Source: a virus
Strand: one strand, 5' to 3'
UHGV virus genome: UHGV-0096558
Length of the DNA: 54,457 nucleotides
The stretch's first letter is position 1. Each line of letters starts with the position of its first letter. The notes beneath the pieces are model-generated. The model ran no database searches. It had not been told where the DNA came from and worked only from the letters and a program-made list of their open reading frames with translations. Positions 26,289 to 35,820 of the stretch are shown piece by piece. The translations under genes and the position numbers were made by a program.

Positions 26289-26929
26289 TGAAAACAGAGT
26301 TACATAAAAAGCTATGGACGATTCAGCAAACGCTGAACGCGCCGAAAAATCAGCGTAATAATTTCGGTGGATATAATTACAGGTCGGCGGAGGATATTTT
26401 AGAGGCGGTTAAACCACTACTTCAAAATATCACGCTGACTGTTAGTGATGAAATTGTCCTGATCGGCAATCGCTATTATGTGAAAGCAACGGCGACGCTA
26501 AGCGACGGTGAAGACGTAATAGCGGTAACTGCTTATGCCAGGGAGGAAGAAAGCAAGAAGGGTATGGACGCCAGCCAGCTAACAGGAGCAACATCAAGTT
26601 ACGCGCGTAAATATGCTTTGAACGGTTTATTCTGTATAGATGATGCTCGCGATCCTGATACTGATGCTTACGCGAAGCAGACAGGCCAGCAGCCGCGACA
26701 ACAGAAAAACCCACCAAAACAACAACCGCAGCAGAAGAAAGCGCCGCCAAATCCTGATGAAGTATTAGCACGTTTCTGTGATGCAGCAGCGAAAGCGCAG
26801 GACGCTAACAAGCTGCGTGAAATATTTGGCAAATGCTGGAAATTACTACCGGAAGGATCGGAACATCGAATCAAGGCAAAAGATGTTTATGACATCCGGG
26901 TAGCAGAGCTTAACGGGGAGATGGGTTAA
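26288..26929 (+). CDS. erf: Erf-family single-strand annealing recombinase
   Basis: Similarity to P22 Erf (…LNAPKNQ.N.FG.Y.YRS.EDILE.VKPLL…DEIVLIG.RYYVKATAT…GMDA.Q.TGATSSYARKY.LNGLF.IDDA…). Confidence 0.85.
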   Translation: MKTELHKKLWTIQQTLNAPKNQRNNFGGYNYRSAEDILEAVKPLLQNITLTVSDEIVLIGNRYYVKATATLSDGEDVIAVTAYAREEESKKGMDASQLTGATSSYARKYALNGLFCIDDARDPDTDAYAKQTGQQPRQQKNPPKQQPQQKKAPPNPDEVLARFCDAAAKAQDANKLREIFGKCWKLLPEGSEHRIKAKDVYDIRVAELNGEMG

Positions 26930-27345
26930 TGAGTTTAAATTCAATCACGCTGGGCGGGAATATCGGTAATGATATGGAGGTTCGCTACACACAAAACGGG
27001 AAAGCGATTGGTAGTTTTCCGTTAGCTGTAACGAATGGCTACGGCGATAATAAGCGGACAATGTGGATCACTTGCATGGTATTCGGTGAGCGCGCGGAAA
27101 AATTAGCGCCGCATATCCGCAAGGGTGGAAAAATAGTGGTAAGCGGTCGCCTGGATGTTCGGCAATATGACCGGAACGACGGCACGAAGGGGACGACGGT
27201 AGAAGTGGCAGTTAACGAATTTGAATTCATGAACGTTAACCAACAAGGCCAGCAGCAAGGCCAGCAGCAGAAAGCGCCACCGCCTCAAAATAATAACGGG
27301 AATAATCCGCCGCCGATGGACTTCGACGATGATATTCCGTTCTGA
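26929..27345 (+). CDS. ssb: single-stranded DNA-binding protein
   Basis: OB-fold pattern, Gln/Pro-rich linker, acidic C-terminal tail DFDDDIPF. Confidence 0.9.
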   Translation: MSLNSITLGGNIGNDMEVRYTQNGKAIGSFPLAVTNGYGDNKRTMWITCMVFGERAEKLAPHIRKGGKIVVSGRLDVRQYDRNDGTKGTTVEVAVNEFEFMNVNQQGQQQGQQQKAPPPQNNNGNNPPPMDFDDDIPF

Positions 27346-27360
27346 TTCAATAGGTTAGCG

Positions 27361-27639
27361 ATGGGTGATTATTTAAAAGCACCGCCGCCGCCGCGAACAA
27401 AAGAGCAAGTTTTAAGAGAAGCCCGTGATCAAATCGATCGCGGGCTTTTTTTATGCGGCACGGCAGCGGATCGAATGGCGAAAAGATTTAGTGACCTGTA
27501 CGCAAAGCAAATATGGTTCGACAACTGGCAGGCAAGTTTTTACCCACTACAGAAAGCTGATGATATGCATTGGCCTGAATATGTCGATCCACGTATGCGC
27601 AAATATCGCGGGCGTATGGGCCAGGTTATTAACGATTAA
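27361..27639 (+). CDS. hypothetical protein, 92 aa
   Basis: ORF track. Confidence 0.55.
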   Translation: MGDYLKAPPPPRTKEQVLREARDQIDRGLFLCGTAADRMAKRFSDLYAKQIWFDNWQASFYPLQKADDMHWPEYVDPRMRKYRGRMGQVIND

Positions 27640-27653
27640 TGAGGTATTAAATC

Positions 27654-27878
27654 ATGATCGAAGATAAAGAAGTTGACGGAGAAATTCCTGATGGCGCTGA
27701 TGAGCTTATCACTTTCGGCGGCGGGCTGTACGAATTCGAGACGTCTGCGGGCTGGGTTGATAAATGGCCTTTCCCTACTCGACAGGAATTAAGCGAACGT
27801 AAATCATTTGGCGAAGATGCCGAACGCCTGGCGAATAATAAATGGTTGGATAAATTTATTGCGGAGGCTGATAAATGA
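27654..27878 (+). CDS. hypothetical protein, 74 aa
   Basis: ORF track. Confidence 0.55.
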   Translation: MIEDKEVDGEIPDGADELITFGGGLYEFETSAGWVDKWPFPTRQELSERKSFGEDAERLANNKWLDKFIAEADK

Positions 27879-27996
27879 GCATGGTAAAATTGCGGCATTA
27901 GCCGCCGCCTTCGTTATTGGGGTGATTTATATCACAGCTTCTTTTTATGTCGCCGTTTTTATTGCTGAATTAATTGTTGCATTGTTGGGGTGAGTT

Positions 27997-28116
27997 ATGA
28001 AGGTTTGCAAGAATATTGTGATGGTCGCTTTTTGCGTTATTTGTTTCCTGTTTACGATTGTGTTTTGCGGCGCACTTGCGGCGGTGATTAGCTTTATTTG
28101 TAAAGGGGCGATGTGA
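27997..28116 (+). CDS. small membrane peptide, 39 aa (MKVCKNIVMVAFCVICFLFTIVFCGALAAVISFICKGAM)
   Basis: Manual translation; RBS GGGGTGAG; stop overlaps next start. Confidence 0.4.
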   Translation: MKVCKNIVMVAFCVICFLFTIVFCGALAAVISFICKGAM

Positions 28117-28388
28117 TGGTTACTTGGAATGTAAAAGAGGGCGATCTTGTTGTTTTGCCAGAATATCGTAGCGACCCTGGTCTGGTTGTGCTGAACAAGA
28201 CATATAACGATCTTGAACGCCCGATCCTGGTTAAATATCTGGACGGAACAATTATAGAGCCGCGTTTCTTCGACAAGATTGAACTGAAGGCCCGCAATGT
28301 TCGCGTTAAGCCGTTCCGGGCTTATGTTGAAAACCACTGGCGGAAATTGTTCGCCGGACTGAATGGGATGTTTGGCGTATGGCTATAA
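28116..28388 (+). CDS. hypothetical protein, about 90 aa
   Basis: ORF track (28113..28388), ATG at 28116. Confidence 0.55.
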   Translation: MVTWNVKEGDLVVLPEYRSDPGLVVLNKTYNDLERPILVKYLDGTIIEPRFFDKIELKARNVRVKPFRAYVENHWRKLFAGLNGMFGVWL

Positions 28389-28570
28389 AAGAAGTAAAGG
28401 TTAAACACCTGAAAGGCGGGGAGCGCTTAAAGGCGTGGTGGGGCCGTGAATTTACAGCTACTGCTTTCAGATTCAGGCAAGGCGGAGAGGTCATTATATA
28501 CGACGAAAACATGGATGAAGTTGGTAAATGGCATCTTGAGCAATACGTCGAGGTGTTAAATGAAAATTAA
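28379..28570 (+). CDS. hypothetical protein, 63 aa
   Basis: ORF track. Confidence 0.5.
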   Translation: MAIKEVKVKHLKGGERLKAWWGREFTATAFRFRQGGEVIIYDENMDEVGKWHLEQYVEVLNEN

Positions 28571-28892
28571 ATTCCATAAAGCATATGATAGCGAAACAAA
28601 CAAGCTATCACTATTTATCGAATTCGAACGCCGGATCGTGGTTGTGCCCTGGGCACGGCGCTTTAATGACGCCGCCGGACGTAGACAATTCGCGGTCGAT
28701 ATGCTGTTACGCGGTTGCGGCCTTATGCGTCCGCTATCTGATTTAAAAAGAATGATGCCGGGATCGTTCGGTCAGATTGATGAAATAGAAATAAGCCCGG
28801 AAGAACTGAAACGGGAGCGTGATTTATTCCTTTCAAGCGAAGGAAACCCGTTTAATTCAGAAACAGAAATGAAATGGCATCACCCACTATAA
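28560..28892 (+). CDS. hypothetical protein, 110 aa
   Basis: ORF track. Confidence 0.55.
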   Translation: MKIKFHKAYDSETNKLSLFIEFERRIVVVPWARRFNDAAGRRQFAVDMLLRGCGLMRPLSDLKRMMPGSFGQIDEIEISPEELKRERDLFLSSEGNPFNSETEMKWHHPL

Positions 28893-28905
28893 AAGGATAA
28901 ATATC

Positions 28906-29526
28906 ATGAACGACATCAAAACAGCTTACTCTCTCGGTAATGAAGGTATGTTGATCACTCGCTATACAGATGATGCAAACTTTCACGAAGTGGAAATTAA
29001 AGATTATCACGAAGTATTGAAAGATATGGAAGCTGGCGCGTATGACGCTGATTTGAATCTGGCGCTACAGGTTGTTGATATTGTGATGGGTGCGTCAATC
29101 CGCGATTACGTGTCTTTAAGTATGGAAGAAAAAACATCGGTAGCGCGTTATGTATTCTCTCTTACTTTTGTGAAGCGCATGGAGGAAGAATTCGGACGCG
29201 TACCAGTGCCGGAAGAGGTTGATCCGCTCGCGTTCGGAAGTGCTGTTATTTTCCCGTTGAACAAGGATCAGCTTGGTAGTGTTTCATTGCATTCTATGCG
29301 CGGCCTGATGAAAAACATCTTTGAAGTTAAGATGTTGCAGAAATGTATTGAGGAAGGCCACAAAGAGGAAGAAGTAAAAGCGTTCATGCCATTGTTTTAC
29401 GGTGAAATGGTTGGCAATGATATGCGCGCAAATGATTTCGGTGTACAGGCGGCTATCGCTGTGCTTAATGATGCACGGAAAAACGCACAGCCGATGCCTG
29501 AACAGGGAAAACGTGTACTGCATTAA
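28906..29526 (+). CDS. hypothetical protein, 206 aa
   Basis: ORF track. Confidence 0.6.
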   Translation: MNDIKTAYSLGNEGMLITRYTDDANFHEVEIKDYHEVLKDMEAGAYDADLNLALQVVDIVMGASIRDYVSLSMEEKTSVARYVFSLTFVKRMEEEFGRVPVPEEVDPLAFGSAVIFPLNKDQLGSVSLHSMRGLMKNIFEVKMLQKCIEEGHKEEEVKAFMPLFYGEMVGNDMRANDFGVQAAIAVLNDARKNAQPMPEQGKRVLH

Positions 29527-29625
29527 CCGAGTGATTCCGATCACATAAATATACATTTTGTATCGTGATCGCATATCCGTTTTGTAAGTCGAAATCAAAA
29601 GGTTTACGGTGCGGAGGAAGCAAAA

Positions 29626-29844
29626 ATGGAACGCGAATTCATGCTTTATTGCGTTGAAGGTGGCGTAGGTCATGATGCCTACGTTGCCGGGAAAAGCTAT
29701 CCAACCGATGAAGTGCTTTCTAATATGCACTTCAGGGAAAATGAAAGCCAGGTGTCTGTGTGGAAGAAATGCGTAGATGGTATTGAGGTCGTTAGCCTTG
29801 AAAGATATTTAGGTAAATTCGACTACGGAGTTATTGAGGCTTAA
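29626..29844 (+). CDS. hypothetical protein, 72 aa
   Basis: ORF track; RBS GGAGGAAG; preceded by palindrome GTGATTCCGATCAC and TATACATTTTGTAT. Confidence 0.55.
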   Translation: MEREFMLYCVEGGVGHDAYVAGKSYPTDEVLSNMHFRENESQVSVWKKCVDGIEVVSLERYLGKFDYGVIEA

Positions 29845-29846
29845 CT

Positions 29847-29939
29847 ATGGACGACACATTGCTATTTATGTGTATTTGTTGGGGGTTTATTGCTTTCTGT
29901 TTATTTGTTAGATGGTTTATTGAATACCATATGAGGTGA
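29847..29939 (+). CDS. possible small hydrophobic peptide, 30 aa
   Basis: Manual translation; RBS-like GAGG 8 nt upstream. Confidence 0.3.
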   Translation: MDDTLLFMCICWGFIAFCLFVRWFIEYHMR

Positions 29940-29942
29940 TAT

Positions 29943-30134
29943 ATGAAAAAGGTTGGCGAATACATGATACCGGATAACGCTAAATTAGCCGGAATCGGTC
30001 AATTTGGCTGTTATTACTATAACTGTGTCGGTGATATTTATCAGGTTAGTCTTGTTGGTGGTGTACAGCATTTTCGTCTGATGCACTTTGAATTAAGCGC
30101 ACTTAAAAAGGCGGTGTTAATGTATGAAGTTTAA
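29943..30134 (+). CDS. hypothetical protein, 63 aa
   Basis: ORF track; RBS GAGGTGA. Confidence 0.5.
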   Translation: MKKVGEYMIPDNAKLAGIGQFGCYYYNCVGDIYQVSLVGGVQHFRLMHFELSALKKAVLMYEV

Positions 30135-30327
30135 ACACTATAGGGAATGGAAAATTCCAGAAGCAGCAACAAAGGCAGCGCCAGGAAATTTTTCTGGCGT
30201 TTATTTTTATATGGATGGCAAATGGTATTTCGGCAGCAGGCCGGATCACTATTATCAGGAAATGTGCAAGCCTCACGTATGGGATATTAAAGAGCGCGTG
30301 AAAGGCGGGGTAATTGAGGACGTTTAA
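30124..30327 (+). CDS. hypothetical protein, 67 aa
   Basis: ORF track. Confidence 0.5.
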   Translation: MKFKHYREWKIPEAATKAAPGNFSGVYFYMDGKWYFGSRPDHYYQEMCKPHVWDIKERVKGGVIEDV

Positions 30328-30328
30328 A

Positions 30329-30565
30329 ATGCTTAAGAGCTTTTTTAACTGGTTGGGGGCGTGGCTTTTGGCTACGCTTTTTGTTTTCCTGGCGGCCCTG
30401 ACTGTTATCGGTGTTATTATGCTGGGGGCTATGTTTATTACGTGGTCGCTTCCTGAATTTAACGACATTGGGAATATTCTTTTTGCAGCCCGCGCTTTAT
30501 TGGCTGTGAGCGCATTCATTGGTTTTTGCTGGACTGCTGCGCCGGATTGGGATGATACATGGTGA
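30329..30565 (+). CDS. membrane protein, 78 aa, two predicted TM helices
   Basis: ATG at 30329 with RBS GAGGA; ORF track 30314..30565. Confidence 0.5.
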   Translation: MLKSFFNWLGAWLLATLFVFLAALTVIGVIMLGAMFITWSLPEFNDIGNILFAARALLAVSAFIGFCWTAAPDWDDTW

Positions 30566-30569
30566 TCCT

Positions 30570-30803
30570 ATGGCTTTATTCAATATGTCTGAGCCGCAAT
30601 TTAACGCCGTAAAGACTGCCGCCCGCGCCGCGCTTTCGGCCTGCAAAGCGGAGGTAGAAAAGAACGGCTACAGCGATAAAGCCACGCGTCTGATACTCGA
30701 CAAGCATTATCGCAAGGTCGCCCCGCTAATCAGTATTGAGCGTTTTGTGTGGTTGGTGGGGTATCTGAATAACCGCTGGGGAACAGATCAGGATTATTTC
30801 TAA
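30570..30803 (+). CDS. hypothetical protein, 77 aa
   Basis: ATG at 30570 with RBS GGTGA; ORF track 30519..30803. Confidence 0.5.
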   Translation: MALFNMSEPQFNAVKTAARAALSACKAEVEKNGYSDKATRLILDKHYRKVAPLISIERFVWLVGYLNNRWGTDQDYF

Positions 30804-30812
30804 GGGGGCGTA

Positions 30813-31352
30813 ATGAAAAATGATTACGGCGGCAGCCATACGCCGAAAGAAATAAAAGACTTATGGCAAACGCCAAAACCCGTTTTTAGAGGAATGGATC
30901 GGGAATTCGAATTCGTCGCGGACGTGGCGGCAAACAAGGCAAACGCATTAATCCCGCGATATATAACAGAAGAAATGGACACGTTGCATTATCCGTGGGG
31001 AGCGGTGGCAATGCCTGGTGAGTATGTCTGGCTTAATCCACCATATTCTAATCCGGGGCCATTCGTTGATAAGGCGGCGATTGAACACAGCCGAAACCAT
31101 ATCGGATGCGTAATGTTATTGCCCGCTGACATTTCTGTTAGCTGGTTTATGAATGGCGTGGAGACGGCAAATGAATGCCGATTAATCACGCGCGGGCGGC
31201 TGGCGTTTATCAATGCTGCGACAGGGAAACCAGCAAGCGGAAATAATAAGGGTAGCTTGTTTTTGATCTGGCATCCACGGTGCAGACATGAATGTATTTT
31301 CACGCAGATAACACGTAAAGAGCTATACGCAAGAGGTGCAGAAAATGAATAA
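30813..31352 (+). CDS. DNA N6-adenine methyltransferase, phage Dam-like orphan methyltransferase
   Basis: NPPY motif (WLNPPYSN) and surrounding pattern; RBS AAGGGGG. Confidence 0.75.
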   Translation: MKNDYGGSHTPKEIKDLWQTPKPVFRGMDREFEFVADVAANKANALIPRYITEEMDTLHYPWGAVAMPGEYVWLNPPYSNPGPFVDKAAIEHSRNHIGCVMLLPADISVSWFMNGVETANECRLITRGRLAFINAATGKPASGNNKGSLFLIWHPRCRHECIFTQITRKELYARGAENE

Positions 31353-31857
31353 AGCGGCTGAATTGCTGAGACTTGCGGCTGAAACTATCGAGGCTAGAGG
31401 GGAGCAAAACGGATACGATCGAAAAGAAGAGAAATCAGCGCCAAAAATAGCGGCTATTTTCAACGCTAAGATGAATGCAAATTTGACCCCGCTTGATGTA
31501 TGGGATCTAATGATTTGCCTCAAGGAAGCGCGTTTAGGGGCTATTCTCGCTAATGGAACTGATCCGCTCGACACTCTTATAGACCTTATTGCTTATAACG
31601 CGCTTAAGGCCGAACAAATATTAACGGAGCGGGAGGATGAGCAAAAGAAAAAACAGGGCGTTTTTGATCTCCCTATCGGTGGATTGAAGAAAACTTTTGC
31701 TGACCTTGCCGGACCAGAACCATCTATTGTACCGGGGACAATCCCACCCGTGATGTTTAACGGTGGTGAGATTACTAATCGGCTTGATGTGAAGTTTGAC
31801 AACGAATCGCTATTACGCGCGGCGGGGTATCATAAAAATGGAAAGGGTGACAATTGA
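31345..31857 (+). CDS. hypothetical protein, 170 aa
   Basis: ATG at 31345 with RBS AAGAGGTG. Confidence 0.55.
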   Translation: MNKAAELLRLAAETIEARGEQNGYDRKEEKSAPKIAAIFNAKMNANLTPLDVWDLMICLKEARLGAILANGTDPLDTLIDLIAYNALKAEQILTEREDEQKKKQGVFDLPIGGLKKTFADLAGPEPSIVPGTIPPVMFNGGEITNRLDVKFDNESLLRAAGYHKNGKGDN

Positions 31858-32341
31858 CAGGTTATTAGCCTGCGTTTATGTCGCCGTTTTTGTGATCATC
31901 AATCTTATTGTTAATCATTGCGGCCCGTGGGTAATTCCGATCACCACGGTAGCCGCCGTGTGTGTCAATATGATGATCCGTGACCTCCTGTTATATGACG
32001 GCGGCCTGAAATGGTCGGCTACAACATGCGCCGCCGCTGGCGCAATCACGGTGCTGATAAATTACGACGCAGGAATGGTGGCGATCGCGTCATTCGTTGC
32101 GGTTGTTTCCGGTGCGCTTATTTCTGGCGGCGTTTACCGGGTTTTACCTGGTGATTTCGATTCGAAACGCTGGCCTGCAAATATAGCGTCCGCCATTGGT
32201 GATGCGTTAATTTTTCCTACGCTATCGTTTATGGCGTTTATGCCGGAAATATCAGCTATGCAATTCATCTCAAAAATGGCAGCGGTAACGGTGATCACCA
32301 TCATTATGCGCCGCTATTTCACGTTTGAGGGTAGAAAATGA
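31838..32341 (+). CDS. integral membrane protein, about 167 aa, 4-5 predicted TM helices
   Basis: ORF track 31796..32341; strongly hydrophobic. Confidence 0.5.
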   Translation: MERVTIDRLLACVYVAVFVIINLIVNHCGPWVIPITTVAAVCVNMMIRDLLLYDGGLKWSATTCAAAGAITVLINYDAGMVAIASFVAVVSGALISGGVYRVLPGDFDSKRWPANIASAIGDALIFPTLSFMAFMPEISAMQFISKMAAVTVITIIMRRYFTFEGRK

Positions 32342-33120
32342 GCAGGGCTAAACATTGGTTAAATAATTGGCTTAGAAGTTGGGTGGTGTGGTCGCTGTAC
32401 GACGGCAGCGGGTACGCCGTTAAAGATTGGGCGGAAGCAGGATATAAGTGCTATTGCTTCAACTATGACGGCGCAAATCACGGCGATTATGAAGGCGTTA
32501 AAATCATTCATCCAAATATTGAATACGTTAACGTATGGATTGACAACCATTTCCTGGTAATGTTCTCCCCTGAATTGTCTGTTTATCCAGAGCCTGACAT
32601 TATCTTGGGCTTTCCTCCATGCGACCATCTCGCCGTGTCCGGCGCTCGTTGGTTCGCTGATAAACGTAAAAAAGATCCTGACTTCCAGGTAAAGGCGGCG
32701 TATAACGCAAAAATTGTAGAAAAACTGGCGAATATGTATAACGTGCCGTGGATGGTGGAAAATCCAGTGGGCGCACTGTCAACGTTATGGCGTAAACCGG
32801 ATTTTATCTTCAATCCTTGCGCTTACGGTGGCTACCTGCCGGAAGATGACAAGCATCCTGCTTTCCCTGATGTTTACCCACCGCGCGACGCGTACACGAA
32901 GAAAACTTGCATATGGTGCGGCAACGGATTCAGGCAGCCGCTTTTTAGACCTGTAGATCTTAACTCTGGTGATAACCCTGGGTGGGCGAAAACCGGAGGC
33001 AGGACGAAACGAACAAAGATGATCCGCTCACTAACACCGCGTGGCTTTGCCCGTGCTGTATTCTTGGCTAACGACCGGGCCATCACGCGGACTACGCTTA
33101 ACCGCGTTTTACCGGACTAA
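32338..33120 (+). CDS. DNA cytosine-5 methyltransferase-like protein, 260 aa
   Basis: C5-MTase-like motifs: GFPPCDHLAVSG (PC motif) and MVENPVGAL (ENV motif); N-terminal Gly-rich motif. Confidence 0.65.
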   Translation: MSRAKHWLNNWLRSWVVWSLYDGSGYAVKDWAEAGYKCYCFNYDGANHGDYEGVKIIHPNIEYVNVWIDNHFLVMFSPELSVYPEPDIILGFPPCDHLAVSGARWFADKRKKDPDFQVKAAYNAKIVEKLANMYNVPWMVENPVGALSTLWRKPDFIFNPCAYGGYLPEDDKHPAFPDVYPPRDAYTKKTCIWCGNGFRQPLFRPVDLNSGDNPGWAKTGGRTKRTKMIRSLTPRGFARAVFLANDRAITRTTLNRVLPD

Positions 33121-33279
33121 AGTTCACAAAATGGCGTCATTGCGTGATATGGATCACATAATGGCGCTTTTCGCTTTGTTCTGGTGTATCCATATTGTAT
33201 ACTTCAAGCAAACAAAATGCTCTTTAAAAATCCGGCAGCGCTGAAATGCGTAGAAATCACCTGAAAAGGAGAGAGCATT

Positions 33280-33456
33280 ATGTCTTTTGATGATTACCAA
33301 TGGCATGACGACTATGAAAGAGAAAGCGTCATGCGTGCAATGTGCAATGTATGCAGCACGAAGAAAGGAGGCTGTAACGAGTGCAACGAATGCTTAGAAC
33401 ATTGGCTAAGGGCCGGACACGCCGAAAGGCTGAACGAAACAGAGAATCAAAAATAA
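33280..33456 (+). CDS. NinF-like small Cys-rich protein, 58 aa
   Basis: Manual translation MSFDDYQWHDDYERESVMRAMCNVCSTKKGGCNECNECLEHWL...; RBS AAGGAGAG. Confidence 0.45.
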   Translation: MSFDDYQWHDDYERESVMRAMCNVCSTKKGGCNECNECLEHWLRAGHAERLNETENQK

Positions 33457-33470
33457 TCGGGGTGGTTTTT

Positions 33471-34076
33471 ATGCAGAACCCTAAAAAACCCATAAGACGC
33501 CGTTGCAAATGCTGCGGCGTTTTTTTTGAGCCTAAATATCACAATCAAACGTGGTGCAGCGATGAATGTCTGGAAGAACTGAAGTTTGATCAGCTATGTC
33601 GCGACCGTGAGAAGGCTATGAAGGCTATGGAGCGGAAGAAACGCCGTGATAGCCAGCGTGAAGAACGCAACCGGAAGCGTAAACAGTTAAATCCGCGTAG
33701 TTATTGGATCAAACAAGTTCAAAATGTATTTAACGCCTATATTCGCGAACGTGACGCGCGCTTGCCGTGTATATCTTGCGGGACTTACTACGGTGAGCAA
33801 TGCGGGTGGGATGCAGGTCATTACAGGACGGTAGCCGCCGCCGGACACCTTCGATTTAACGAGGATAATTGCCATAAACAATGCAGACACTGCAACCAGA
33901 CATTAGACGGCAACATTGGAGGATATCGCCCGGCACTGATTCGAAAAATTGGCCTCGCCAGGGTGGTAGCACTGGAGAACAACAATGATACGCATAAATG
34001 GACGATCGCAGAATGTAAGGAGCTAATAAACATCTATCAGGCGAAATTGGACGCCTTAAGGAGAAAGGCAGCATGA
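33471..34076 (+). CDS. ninG: NinG / Rap recombination protein
   Basis: Similarity to lambda NinG (…RRCK..C...F.P....Q.WCS.EC…PRSYWIKQ.Q..FNAYIRERDA.LPCISCGT…DAGHYRT.AAA..LRFNE.N.HKQC..CNQ…). Confidence 0.85.
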   Translation: MQNPKKPIRRRCKCCGVFFEPKYHNQTWCSDECLEELKFDQLCRDREKAMKAMERKKRRDSQREERNRKRKQLNPRSYWIKQVQNVFNAYIRERDARLPCISCGTYYGEQCGWDAGHYRTVAAAGHLRFNEDNCHKQCRHCNQTLDGNIGGYRPALIRKIGLARVVALENNNDTHKWTIAECKELINIYQAKLDALRRKAA

Positions 34077-34474
34077 ATGAATATACTTTTAGCCTGCCTT
34101 ACCCGCCATCGAATAATCGCTATTACCGACATTCGCGCGGTTTTCACTATATAAGCAAAGTGGGGAAGGAATACAGGGAGCAAGTAAGAGACATCATCGA
34201 ATTATTAAATTTAGACATTAACCTATCTTGCCGACTGGCAATCGCCATTTATGCCGCGCCGCCGGATAACCGGATCAGAGATCTGGATAATATCCCCAAA
34301 TGCCTTTTTGATAGCCTTACTTACGCCGGATTCTGGACTGATGACGGACAAATCGACTCAATAAAAATTGTACGCTGCCGGAAGGTAAAAGGCGGGCGAT
34401 TGTTTATCAAGGTGCGCGAACGCGGCGACCTGCTACCGGATATTGACGAATACGCGACCAATATGTGGGGGTGA
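34073..34474 (+). CDS. rusA: RusA-like Holliday junction resolvase
   Basis: 133 aa; N-terminal ...LPYPPSNNRYY... and acidic catalytic region; follows NinG. Confidence 0.8.
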   Translation: MNEYTFSLPYPPSNNRYYRHSRGFHYISKVGKEYREQVRDIIELLNLDINLSCRLAIAIYAAPPDNRIRDLDNIPKCLFDSLTYAGFWTDDGQIDSIKIVRCRKVKGGRLFIKVRERGDLLPDIDEYATNMWG

Positions 34475-34476
34475 CA

Positions 34477-34713
34477 ATGGAGCAAATAAACATTGTTGTT
34501 AAATGCATTCAATCAAGCGTCGATTTTTTCACAGAAGGGAAAAAGTATTCAGGTTTTATAAAGCATGGGTGTTTTGCTTTTATCTTGCAAGATGATCTTG
34601 TATCGGATTTCGACGACGCCGACGCTTGGCGATTAGTACAGTATTTCCCATCAAAAAATGAGTATTTCTTACAGGGCCATTTTAAAACTCGGTTTAAGGT
34701 GGTAGAAAAATGA
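34477..34713 (+). CDS. hypothetical protein, 78 aa
   Basis: ATG at 34477, RBS GGGGGTGA. Confidence 0.5.
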   Translation: MEQINIVVKCIQSSVDFFTEGKKYSGFIKHGCFAFILQDDLVSDFDDADAWRLVQYFPSKNEYFLQGHFKTRFKVVEK

Positions 34714-34844
34714 AAAACGAAATTAAAGACCTGAAGATAGATATCCAGCGAGACAAGTGCGATCTGGAAACGATCCGAAGAATACAGGCTTTTCACATGC
34801 GCGAATTGCTCGCATTAAAAGAGCTTGAGAGAAAGCTGGTCTAG
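34710..34844 (+). CDS. small ORF, 44 aa, predicted coiled coil
   Basis: Manual translation; ATGA overlap with upstream stop. Confidence 0.35.
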   Translation: MKNEIKDLKIDIQRDKCDLETIRRIQAFHMRELLALKELERKLV

Positions 34845-34891
34845 TCTATTTCTGATCGTGAAAGCCTTGTATCTCGTTACGGGGGAAAACG

Positions 34892-35620
34892 ATGAATCTT
34901 GAATCCATTCTAAAATTCCATTTTCCGAAATCACCGCGATTATCTGACGAAAGCCGGGGCACGTCCCCGGACGCGCTTAATACTACGGATGCACTAACCG
35001 CCGCTGGCATGGCGCAATCGCGAGTAGAGCTTGGATATAGCGCTTTTTTAGGGAAGATGGAACTATCGCAAGCCGAAAAACACAGGGCCGTAGTTTTGCT
35101 TACAGAGCGTTTAAGAGCTATGGCGAAAGATTACGAATACGTGATGGAATTAAATGAAGAACAACGCAATGATCTTATTATTCTTGTTGCCGTTTTCGCG
35201 TTTCGGGATTATTGCCAGAGTGCGGCGACAGAAAAAGTTTGCCCTAAGTGCGGCGGTCACGGGCATTTACCAAATCCATATTGCGAATACACATCAACAA
35301 TTTGCGCACGGTGCGGCGGCAAAGGTTACGTTAAAAACCATTGCCAACGTTGCAAGGGGCGTGGAGAAGTACCGGATAAAACAGCCAGCGAAGCGGCGGA
35401 AATGCCAGTATTCAAAACGTGCCAGCATTGCGGCGGGCGCGGGGACTCGCGTTTCCCGGTAGATCTCGTCCGGCAGGCGGTTAATCAGCTTGTTTTTCCG
35501 GTAAGCCGATCAACATGGTGGAAGAAATACCGGGTTTTCTATGAAGACGCCATAGCTGAGCTATTCAAAGAAGAGGCCCGCGCGGAAAGTGAGATCAAAC
35601 TAGTGACACGGGGTGAATAA
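34892..35620 (+). CDS. zinc-finger protein with four CxxCxGxG repeats; possible late-gene antiterminator (Q-like)
   Basis: CPKCGGHGH, CARCGGKGY, CQRCKGRGE, CQHCGGRGD; position downstream of nin/RusA genes. Confidence 0.4.
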   Translation: MNLESILKFHFPKSPRLSDESRGTSPDALNTTDALTAAGMAQSRVELGYSAFLGKMELSQAEKHRAVVLLTERLRAMAKDYEYVMELNEEQRNDLIILVAVFAFRDYCQSAATEKVCPKCGGHGHLPNPYCEYTSTICARCGGKGYVKNHCQRCKGRGEVPDKTASEAAEMPVFKTCQHCGGRGDSRFPVDLVRQAVNQLVFPVSRSTWWKKYRVFYEDAIAELFKEEARAESEIKLVTRGE

Positions 35621-35820
35621 TGGATAAGCTGGAAATAAACGATCGGTTCGCTGTTATCTTATTTGAAGATAAAACAGGCGGCGCATGGTGTAAGAAAGTT
35701 ACTGGTGCTGAAGCACGATTAATACTAGGCATGGCAAGCGCATTAAACGAAGGTGAATTGCCCGCCATCCCTGTTAAGCCAGTGCATATCTATAAAAGGG
35801 GCGACGATGAAAATAATTAA
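35620..35820 (+). CDS. hypothetical protein, 66 aa
   Basis: ORF track. Confidence 0.5.
   Translation: MDKLEINDRFAVILFEDKTGGAWCKKVTGAEARLILGMASALNEGELPAIPVKPVHIYKRGDDENN

Noticed and set aside
27808-27993. 61-aa ORF encoding a hydrophobic C-terminus, overlapping upstream gene by 70 nt
   Set aside because: In-frame ATGs lie deep inside the preceding gene and no clean start with RBS was found; only a possible TTG start near 27851, so not called.
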